DNA from: Nemertoderma westbladi
Taxonomy: Eukaryota > Animalia > Xenacoelomorpha
Assembly: GCA_032718475.1 (NCBI GenBank)
Contig: JAUCBJ010002026.1
Span: 11,630-75,629 of the forward strand
Reading direction: 5' to 3'
DNA length: 64,000 nucleotides
The position numbers and the translations under genes are program-made. The notes below the pieces were generated by a model that saw only the letters and a list, made by a program, of their open reading frames with translations, was not told the origin of the DNA and searched no databases. Shown here piece by piece: positions 1 through 10,403 of this stretch; within the stretch, counting starts at the first letter, position 1; each line of letters begins with the position of its first letter.

Positions 1-1475
1 ACTGTAGGACTCATTATCATCAGGAATTGTACCATGGAGGTAATTTCGTGCGAAACAGGTGTCCATACGGTCAATTACCCTATGTTATAACTCTATGTCG
101 GGCGACCAAACTCTTTGTTGTTCGTACAGAGTCTACTGTGTCCTATACTCGCCACCAGACTGGCAGTCAGCTCAATTTCCATGGTTTGGTTGAGCTGTTC
201 CAACAACGCTAGAATCTCGATACATGATGTAGTCGAAAGGATCGAGAATTTCTGACTGACTTCAGATATACTGGAGACAACTGTTCCACGGTTGATGTCT
301 CGAGTCAGTTAGAGTCTATTCATTAGATCGTGACAGTTGCCACATACACAATGGGCAGCGGTTGACGTGGAGGGGAATACTCGCTGATCTCGGGGAACTC
401 ACTTGACTGTACTCTCTAGTCAAAAGGGTCCAAATATGATAAAGGATTCGGTGGTCAAGGATTGCGATTCTTGGTTTGCTCGTCAAAAAGAGTTCAAACA
501 TCTCGGTTTGTGTAAGGTAATTCGGGGAACTACAATAGTTGAACTCCCATCTGAGTTGCTCATCCATCATTTACGGCTCAGCATATCGAGATAGGGGTTG
601 TTCGTCGGTGATCCAATTGAGAGACCATCCCATAATTCCTTCATAGCCCGAATATATCGATTCCTTAATTCGTGATCATCTTCAATTAAATCCATTGTTC
701 GATATATATGATCCAAAGATATCAAGAGTTATAAGTGCTTGTCGAAATTGAGGTTAGCGGACATCGCCACCTCTTCCCTTTCACCCGCAGTATGGTTTGA
801 GTTTCTCGGGCAGTTTATTGTTTTGTTCCGCACCTTCGGATATAACTACCGATCCGGTGGCGGACAATAAACTTAAGCCGAGTCCCTCAAAACCATCCAG
901 AGCTGCAGGCCGCTATTGATCATTGCCGGCAAGTCACAAAATATTGAGGCAAAAGCTTTAACTTTACTCGTGAGATATAAACTGCCAATAGATACTGCAA
1001 CTCGCTACTGTAACACACATAGATTAGCTGAGATCAATTGTTTATTTCACGGTGCGACACAAATACAAAGGTTCCGTTGATTTGGTGTTTTCCACGATGC
1101 CGCTAATTAAATTTCATAGCTAGTTACTAATTGTATACATATTATTATCCCATTATTTGTTGTTTGACAAAAATGGAACAATAATTATGCTTTATCTTTC
1201 GAATTAATCAACTATAACTGCGGCATCTAGGAGAACGAGAATAGTTAGAGTGGTTCTCATGCATTCAAATAGAGGTAATGTCATATAACAGATTTATATC
1301 TTATTTATCATCTGTGACATCGGTTAAATAACGTGACATGAAATATTAATATATTTCTGTCTGATTGAAATAATTTATTTTGTTCCTTCTATTTGAAAAT
1401 TTTGCAATTTAACATTTATATTAGATATAAAGACGTTAGCAATTGACATTATTGCGCGCACAAATACATCTGGTT

Positions 1476-2265
1476 AATTCAGGGATGACTTGTGGCTTTA
1501 AATGGTCAAAAGGACAACAGTATTTGACTGTTGTGAAGACTTCCCTCGTTGCACACCGGTTGAATATAAATATATCTATCCGTGAATTAATGTACAAGAA
1601 GGCCAAATTGGTTATTTTATTGGGTTGATTTTACAATCCGTTCCCATAATTATTTAAATTTATAACACGACGTTAACAACTGATGCTTATTATGATGTGC
1701 AAGTACATCGGATAGGTTCAACGATGCCTTGGGACATCCAAACATTCAGTTTGTCAAAGGTATAAACAATATATTTATTCATATTGTTATGTGGGGACTT
1801 CTCTTATTGTACACCGGCGAACATTAAGCCATTTATAACATAAGTTATTGTACAATAAGACCAAATGGGATATATAGTATAATTACACGGGGTGTTGAAC
1901 AAAATTTTTACTCAGCAGTGTGAGTTTATTCCGTTCCCGTGATTTGTCATATTTTATTGACGTGCTATGGGATTTCTTTTACTGTACACTTTCAGAGCAT
2001 AAGCCTATTATAGACTCGTAGATTAATGTACAATAAAGCCAAATTTATTTTGTGTCACTATTATTATGTAGCCTAAATATTTACATTATATTCTTACAGG
2101 TACAGCGTACATACATGATATTCTTAGAGCATACCCGTACATACAGTATATTCTTACAGCGTAAATAAGCTAAACTTTAAGAATCTGCACTCTTTATTTA
2201 AATTTTTTAAAAAATTTTGCTATGTTAATCCGAATTTACAATAACCCGTTCCCACGATTTGATGG
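1476..2265. repeat. Three degenerate ~200-300 bp repeat units downstream of element A pol
   Basis: Recurring blocks: TGTACAA(G/T)AA(G/A)..CCAAAT near 1591, 1849 and 2027; CCGTTCCC at about 1638, 1931 and 2246; GA(C/T)TTC...TG(C/T)ACAC near 1538, 1796 and 1970. Confidence 0.6.
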
Positions 2266-2297
2266 AATGTTATCATCACAATCGTATCCAATGTTTA

Positions 2298-4409
2298 TTA
2301 ATTTGGATTAATGTGTTCAAGGGAATACAGTGTTGGTTTTTTACGACCATAATCGCCTGATTCCTCGCGGGCTATTTCCAGCAAACAGAGCCGTCCAATT
2401 GGTCTATTCAATGTTTGAGGTACAAATTCTAATTTCTTCTTATCCTTCTCCCTTTGTTTCTTCTTTCTCATTACTGATCTCACAAGTCCGTCAGCGGATG
2501 TATGGACAACTGTGACACATCCAGTTTGCCATCGTTTCCTCGGGATATCGTCGTCGACTATTAGTATTACGTCATCAATTCGAAGGTTTTCCTGACGACT
2601 AAACCATTTGGTGCGCAGTTGGAGAGATGGTAAGTAGTGTTTCTCGAAGTGTATGGCGAATCTATTGGAAAGTAATTGCATCATCCGCCATGTTTGACGT
2701 AAGTATATATGGGAATCTTCCGAATTAGAAACAGGTACCATAACGATGGGTTTCTTCATCAGGAAGTGAGCAGGTGTCAGCGACTCCAATGACTTCGGAT
2801 CAGACGAAGCAGGCATCAATGGGCGGTCGTTAATGTAAGCTGCTATTTCTTCCAGAAAGGTGCGAAGTAACTCATCTGTTAGGTATGCCCCGCATGGTAT
2901 CACGTGGTGGAACGCTATTTTAACACTTCGGATCATCCGCTCCCAGCTACCTCCCCACCATGGTGCGTCAGCTGCGTTGAACGTCCAAGTCGCCGCATTT
3001 ACTTTCAATAACTCATCAACTTGCTCCTGGTTCCATCTATCAACATATGTGGTGATTTCTCTGCTAGCGCAGACGAAATTGGTTCCTTGGTCAGAACGTA
3101 TAGTTTGACTGCTGCTTTGAATACTGCTGACTGACCGTGCTATCTGTCGTCTCAAACACAAAAGGAAGCTATCCATCGACATGTCGTTGACCATATCCAG
3201 ATGTATCGCTCTACACGTCTGACAAACAAATATAATACACCATCGTTTTACTTTGGTACGTGTTCGTTTGACCTCTATTGGTCCAAACATGTCAACACCG
3301 GTGTTTGTGAACGGCGGTTGGTAGCAACTTACCCTCTCACGTGGTAACTTCGCTTCAATTTGGGTTAATGGCTTACTGTACAGTCTTTTACAGGGAATGC
3401 AATTCCTTAAAATTTTATTAAGTGACTTACGGGGTTTAACCAAGTAATAACGAGTGCGCAGTTCACTAAGAATTCGTTCACGGCCAGCATGGTAAAGTTT
3501 GGCATGTGTGTCTTGAATTAACTTACGTTGTATATCTGGGCTATATATTATTATTGGGAATATGGTATCCTTAGACACAGGAGCGTTAGTCAATCTACCT
3601 CCTACCCTAATTAACCCATCTATCATGACACTTGTGCAATTGTCACGCAACGTGATGCCTGGTTCACTCACCAATTTATTGTACCTTGCTGGGTCATCGA
3701 GTTTCTGAGAAAGACGCAGTAGTTGTTTATTAGTCTCGTCAATATCTCCTCGCGTCACTGCTGGTGTACAGTCTCTAGACACACCAAAACGGCAGTGCAC
3801 GTATTTCTTGAGATATGTCACGCTCTTACAAAGTCTATACCAAGAACTATAGTGATTCATTGCTTCTTCCAATAAGGGTGATAATCCTCGTTTTATGTTA
3901 GGTAATGTATCACTTGATCGTCGTGGTGTGATCTTTGAAGTATCACTAATATGGTTTGGTAAGTCTGAATTGGTCGTTATGTTTTCATGGGGTTCCTCAT
4001 GTTTAGCGAAATACGAATTCTGAAGTCCAGAAGTTTCTGGTTTCCGGGTCAAGTCATTGTCAACTATTTGGGCAGTTATATCAAGTGGTATGGTGAATAA
4101 CTTTGATTTTGTAGTTTTCCTTGGCTTTATTATTTCGGCTCCCTTAGCGTGTCGGATTTCTGCCGGTGTCAGATTTTTCGGCCATTCGTTTCCAGCCTCC
4201 CATAAGAACTCTGGTCCGTTGAGCCAACATTTGGTATTAATCAACTCTCTTGGAGTCGCACCACGCGAAGCAATGTCAGCGGGATTGATAGTACCGGGGC
4301 AATGCCTCCATTGATCCACCTTTGTGCGGCTGAGCATGATTGCAACTCTGTTCGTTACATATACACTAAACTGACATACTTCGTTAGTTAAATATTCTAG
4401 AACCAAGAC
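2298..4409 (-). pseudogene. Element A pol 3' part: end of RNase H plus integrase
   Basis: BEL motifs WRHCPGTINPADIASRG, IRVGGRL, H..LYHAG/CIPC zinc finger, TGVDMFGP, RSDQGTNF, WWGGSWERMIRSVK, LTPAHFL. The first 5 codons of the tracked ORF come from element B LTR. Confidence 0.92.
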
Positions 4410-4977
4410 TGTGACGGGATCCACCGAGGATCCCGGTTTATCCAGTTTCTAATCTACGATCCCCGCCGTGCGTATGTGAAAAGAGTTCTGATTGTTGGTT
4501 GATCAATGCATATAGATATAAGGGTATGATGAATGATAAGATATAGCACAGTTAAAGTGAACGATGTATAGTGTACTGGTAAAATGGTTTAATATTGTAT
4601 GGCAGTAGACGGAGATGTGATTAGAGTTCCGGTACTACCCTAACTAACTGACTTACTGAAGTGAATAAATTGGCACAACGAATGATAATATATATTGCAC
4701 TGGTTGGCCGCATTACGTTACTCAGTTGATGCCTTCCCCCCATTGGCTAATAACTCACTTCTCGCCTCCCATCTCTCTGGGAGTGTTTTCCCTCCCCACT
4801 GCTGTTATTCTCTCTCTCGGAGGTATAACCTCTGACCCCCTTTGTGTGTTCCCTTAGGGGTTTGTCGCCCCGTTTATTGGGGTGACACGAGGTTGATTGG
4901 TAACCAACCTCGTGCTCCCAATATTGCTTAAAACCAACTCTGTGTGGGCCTGGTTAGTGGAATTGAATACGCTAACA
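4410..4977 (-). repeat. 3' LTR of element B
   Basis: TGTGACGGG...GCTAACA, a direct repeat of 17604-18171 with about 8 substitutions counted by eye. Confidence 0.96.
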
Positions 4978-4986
4978 CTCCCCCCC
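4978..4986 (-). other. Polypurine tract of element B
   Basis: Plus-strand CTCCCCCCC (minus GGGGGGGAG) abuts the 3' LTR. Confidence 0.8.
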
Positions 4987-5633
4987 ATGCTATCTTCCTG
5001 GTGAGAAGATAGCATCCACCTCTAGTGCGCTACAATTCCGCTGGATCTCGATCTACCATCGAGTGTGGGGTGGAACTATTTTCCTCGGAGCCAGCTTTCC
5101 AGACCGCCCCCTATGGGTATGATATCGCTACCCTGTTTACCTGGCGTCCCGTGTCGGGCCGATCGTGCGCTCCTCTCACACGACTTTTGTTTCCCCAACA
5201 CTTTCACCACTAACTCTGCTCCACTCTCACCCTAATTCCTCCATACTCTCGGACTTCCCCGTCCCTCACTCTGACTCTTACTCCTCCCCCCCCCCCACAC
5301 TTGAATTGCATCCGCACTCTCTCCGCACTGTTACTCAACCCCTATCTCATCCACTCACTCCTGACGAGTCTCACCCCCCTCCCATGCCGTCGCACCCAAG
5401 AAGTGTGATGTCGTCCAATGTCTTGTTCGTGATAGTCAATCGTCCCCCAATCCCAGTAGCTAATTGGAAAAAGGTTGTATGACTATAGTACTTACTTTGA
5501 TTACATTTGCTAAACTAATGATTGCTACGTACGTACATACTAATTGCACTTTTCAATTATTTAGATTACTTGAATTTGTACTTAGGAGTTCGCATGTCTC
5601 GCGTGGTGCCTTCCAGGCATGTTACATCGAAGT

Positions 5634-8100
5634 CTAGTTTGTTCCACCTGCCTTTGGGAACCACCTCAACTCTTCCCCTCTATCGTCCTCCTCCCTTGGT
5701 CGTTTCCTGGTCGCTGCCGCTCCTTTGGTCTTATCTCCCTTCAGGCTCCTGACCCTCGCCGTCACCTCTTTACTAATCCCGGTTGTCGACTCCTTGGGCG
5801 CTGGTGTTATTAGCTCCCGGTATCGCTTCGCGGGTGGCCCCTCCGAGTGGCCCTGTTGTCTCCCCCTGGTGGCGTCCCATAGGATCACTTTCATCGCCCG
5901 CGGCACATGCTCCGCCAAGAAATCCCTGAACTCTCCTCTGTTCTGTGGCGTCCACCTGTCCAAATACCTCTGCGTATTTATCACCCCGACATACGACGCC
6001 GCCGTCGCCACTTCTTGGTAGGTAAACGGAAGCCTCTGTTTGATAATCTCCATGTGGGCCTCCTGATTGATGTTAAAGAAGCCCCACCGGAACTCCTGGG
6101 CCTTCATGCGTTGCCGAGTCATGGCCCCGACGTCGGCCTACTCCTCGAAGTTCCTAAACTTCTCTTCGTCGTCCATCCAGTCGCACTGGCGTCCATAGTG
6201 CCCCCGAAAGTTGCACTTCGGACACCGGTTGTTCAACCGTGGACACGCCCCCATCCTGTGGCTTGACTCGCGGCAGTAGAGACAACTAGTTCCTTTTTGG
6301 AACCGGTACAAGCAGCTCCTTTCCTGGTGGGTCTGTCTCCCACAGTAGTCACAGCCGAGCACCAATGTCTCCCGCCCCACGTCGTCTTTCGTCCCAAGCG
6401 ATCTCCGCGGTCTGTGGAGTCGCTGGTAAGCGAACTTCCGGACGTTAGCGTCCCTGTCCACATCGATCTCCTCGCCCCTCCCGGGCATCGTCTCCCCGAA
6501 TACTACCCGTGGTGCCGTCCCCGGTTGCTCGCCCAACCTGATAGTGCTCCCCGCGAAATCCATCGCCGGCTCCTCATGCACCCAGGCCCGCTTGCCGGGT
6601 CTATCCCAGAAGGCCCTCGCCCCACTGGCCGTCACCACCCTCCCACCAACCCAGTCCGTGTCCGAGTGGCCGATCCTCCCGATGGGCGGCATCTCTCCGA
6701 ACTCGTCGTCGTCCTCATCCTCCTCTGGCAGTGGCTCCAACCCTGGTATCCCGGTGGACCCACTGTGTCCCTTCCCGCCTTGGCTCTCGCCCGTAACATT
6801 CCATCCTTCCAGCTCCCCTAGCCTCCTTAGCGGCTGGTCGCCCTCGGCGCCCGCTCGTATGGGCGTCGTCTGCAATACCGACGTCGACTGTTTCGGTGAT
6901 CCCACCGCCCATCCTAATTCTCACCCTAGAGACTCCCCCGAACTCCCTGACGATGTCCAACGAAGTTCGTCTAAGGCCGCCTGTTCCTCGAAGCCGTAGC
7001 TCTGTGCCCTAGCTTCCTCCTCCCTTTCCGCCGCTTCTCTCCTCTCCTGTCTATCGATTTCTTCCAATCGCTTCACCTCTCATCTATCCGCCTCTAGCTG
7101 CTCCCATCTCTGATACGCGTATCTACCTCCCCGTCTACCAGATGTCGGCTGTTATAGTACACCGACTCGCCCTTCAGCCCCGGGTGGTCTACCAGACCCT
7201 CGAAAGCCATCTTAAAGGCTCTTCTGTAGCTTAGGGGTGATCCCGATAATAGGAATGCCGTTGGTTCCCTCTCGATAACCACGGTCATGAATAGGTTAAG
7301 CAAACCCATCATTATCCAGTCCTCCTGTAGGATATATCGCTTCTGATATACCTTTATCGCTCCTCTCCGGAATTGATACACCTCTTGTTTCCCTGGCCTC
7401 GCTCCCCACTTCAGCGAGTTCGCCAAGTCCGCTCCGTACTCCTCTCTGAACTTGCTCCAGTCCATCTGTTTGTGACACACGAGCCCCATTAGCTGGCCCA
7501 TTGCCACCGCTCCACAATGGCCTGAGTTCTCCACTAGTCCCAACCCACCTGGTGCTGTCATAGCCATGTAGACCGTCTGCGTATCCAGAAGGTTGGGGGT
7601 GTCTGGACCGATGATTCTCTCCGCATCGTCGCGAATCGCCGATCCCACTTTCGTCGTCGACTTTTCTCTCACTAGGGTTTGCACCGCCTTCGGCAACCGG
7701 TTCAACTTCGGCCCGTCCTTCTTTCCATACGTTCCTAGATCGAATAGGAATATATCCCCATTTGGCGCGGCCAAATGTAGGAGTATGGTTCTGGCCGACC
7801 CCGCCGATCCTCTCCTCGAACCCTCCTCGTCTTCCACGGTCCCCTCATCGTCTAGGACCATGTATCCTTCTCTGCTGACGGACTCTACTGACTCTACTCC
7901 CTGAAATGGTCTTGCAGCGCTCGCGCCCCGTGACCTCTCTCCAACCGCTTGTAGTATTCCCTCGTCTTCTCTTCCGGATGCCTCTTGGTGAAATCCACCA
8001 GTATCCCCTTTCCTCCTGACTCCGCCTTTCTCTTCCTCATCAGTTTCCCCGCAATTCCAAACTCTCTCACTCGCTCACCTGTAAGGTGGTGCCTTGCCAA
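5634..8100 (-). pseudogene. Disrupted accessory ORF of element B: DEDD 3'-5' exonuclease-like domain, 3 CCHC zinc knuckles, basic NLS-like tail
   Basis: 7094-7861 has Exo I 'VLDDEG', 'LHLAAP..IFLFDL..LPKAV', Exo II 'KVGSAIRDD', 'LLDTQ' and Exo III-like 'QKRYILQED'. 6138-6905 has CDYCGRQTHQERSC, CLYCRESSHRMGAC and CPKCNFRGHYGRQC. The pieces join through one frameshift (7094-7151), TGA at 7080 and 6921, and TAG at 6138, in frame with 5634-6122. The link to 7894-8100 needs a further frameshift. Confidence 0.75.
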
Positions 8101-8529
8101 GGCGCAGTACAGATGAGTGATAGGTTAAGATGGTCGGTACGGTTCGACAATGGCCTATTTCTTACTTAATTTTGAGTTATAGTCTAATTTTTACTAGTTA
8201 ATTCCTAAAACTGTCAAATTGTACCCTAAATTGTAATTTTGTCCATTACTTTAATTATGTTCCAGAATTTTCTTTCTACTGTTACCATCATTTATCTAAT
8301 TTTCTGATTCTATTTTTATTTTAATTTAATCGTACTACTGTGCTATTACCTACTTATTATCGCCGATGGATTACTCTACTTCGTAATCCACATTCTGGCC
8401 TACTCTGTGGGCTTGTGCAGTAAAACAGTATGCATCGTGTGGCCTACACGATTTATCCAGCTGTACTCATATGCCCCCCTCTTGCTGCTTACTACTAATA
8501 TCTATATTGTACATACCCTTCTACCACTA

Positions 8530-9070
8530 ACTCTTACTAACCGGTACTATGTACCCTCTTACTAACTTTTAACTAACTTCTACTAACCGGTACTACGTAC
8601 CCTCTAACCTCTAACTCCACTAACTAACTAACCGGTACTATGTACCCTCTTACTAACCTCTAACTCCACTAACTAACTAACCGGTACTACATACCCTCTT
8701 ACTAACTCTAACTCCACTAACTAACTAACCGGTACTACGTACCCTCTTACTAACTCTAACTCTCTCCAACTAACTAACGGTACTACGTACCCTCTTACTA
8801 ACTCTAACTCTCTCCAACTAACTAACTACTACTAACTACTAACTAACTAACTAACTAACTAACGGTACTACGTACCCTCTTACTAACTCTAACTCTCTCC
8901 AACTAACTAATGGTACTACGTACCCTCTTACTAACTCTTACTCTCTCTAACAGTACTACGTACCTTCTAACTACTAACTCTTACTAACTAACTAATGGTA
9001 CTACGTACCTTCTAACTACTAACTCCTAACGGTACTACGTACCTTCTAACTACTTAACTAACTAACTTCC
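8530..9070. repeat. Tandem array of 11 GGTAC-TAC-GTACC hairpin cores with (CTAA)n spacers
   Basis: Cores at about 8543, 8589, 8634, 8683, 8731, 8779, 8864, 8912, 8952, 8997 and 9031; spacing mostly 45-49 bp. Confidence 0.9.
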
Positions 9071-9195
9071 ATCTGCCTACTTACTCTCTCTTTATTTATT
9101 TATTATTTTTTTTATATTTTATGTGTGGGAAGGGCGTCTCGCCCTCAATCCCACCCCCCTCAGTCCAAAACTTGGACGACTGAATACTACTCATC

Positions 9196-10403
9196 TAAGG
9201 TGCTCCCTCTAGTAGGCAGCACTTCCCTACAGCCCTTCTGTAGGTCTTTCTATCTTTTGCTCCTATTTAGCCACCTATCCGCACTTCTACCGATCGGACT
9301 CTTCCGTCCTCATCGGAGTAAGTGCCCACAACTCTCGCCAATCGCTATTGGTTGTTGACGATGGTATCATCCGTGACGATAACCAGATCACCCTCTTTTA
9401 ACTCCCTATTCGTGTTCCTCCACTTGCTTCTCCTATGTAGCGTGGGTAGATATTCCTCAACCCACCTCCTCCAGTACTCTGCGCTTATCGCCTTGGCGAC
9501 TTTCCAGCTCTGTCGGGAGTGTATATCGTCTGGGTCTACACCCCACATGTCGATGGTCGCTGGCCTCTCCATTAGAAAGTGACTAGGTGTCAGCACGTCT
9601 AATGACTCCGGGTCATCATTTTCTGGATATAGCGGTCTGCTATTAATGATACCCTCGCACTTTGCTAGTACCGTCCTCAGCACGTCCTCTGTTACCATGT
9701 GGGTGTTCATCAATTTCGTCATCAGACGCTTGGAACTACCCACTAGTCTCTCGACGCATCCTAAAGTATGCGGAGCATACGGTGTCCTCCTCTCCCACTT
9801 CACCTGTCGTCTTCTCATGGCTGCCCTGACTTCCTCCCCTTCCAGGATATCCAAGGCATCCGCCATCTCATTCTCCGCCCCCACAAAGTTTGTTCCGTTG
9901 TCGGAATATATTACTGCAATCGTCCCACCTTTGCGGTCTCTGAACCTTTCTAGAGCATTAATGAATGCTGATGCGGTTGCATCTTGGGCGAGTTCTATCC
10001 CTACCGCCCGTGTGTTGTTACATATGAAGATGATGCCGTAGTGCTTCTCCGTGTGCCGCATCACCTTAATCTTTATCGGCCCGAACATATCCACACCGCA
10101 ATGCGTAAATGGCGGGTCGTGTTGTCTCACCCTGCTGGCCGGTAGCGGCGCCATCTCCTGTATAGCTCGCTCCTTCTTAGCTCGTCGGCAGGTCTGGCAC
10201 TGCCCCACTACCGCCTTTACCTTCTTTCTCAACTGTTTGACCCAAAAGGTCCTTCGTATCTCCGTGAGGGTCCGGCTGGTGCCCCCGTGCAATATCGACT
10301 TATGGGAGTCCCAGATAATCTGGTGGACTATCGGCGATCCATTAGGGATGATGATGGGCTTTGGTGGGATGACAATACTGTTGTTGTTCACACCTGAGTT
10401 CAT
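9196..10403 (-). pseudogene. Element B integrase
   Basis: H..ILHGG, CQTC, CGVDMFGP, YSDNGTNFVG, VERLVG, LTPSHFL. Reading continues past the stop at 9345 as 'NNQ*RLARVVGTYSDEDGRVRSVEV...CCLLEGAP'. Confidence 0.9.

Noticed and set aside
5634-8100. env gene in element B
   Set aside because: No signal peptide or transmembrane anchor is evident. The motifs are exonuclease and CCHC.
8530-9070. Hairpin array as CRISPR-like repeat-spacer locus
   Set aside because: The spacers are low-complexity CTAA variants of one another, not acquired sequences.
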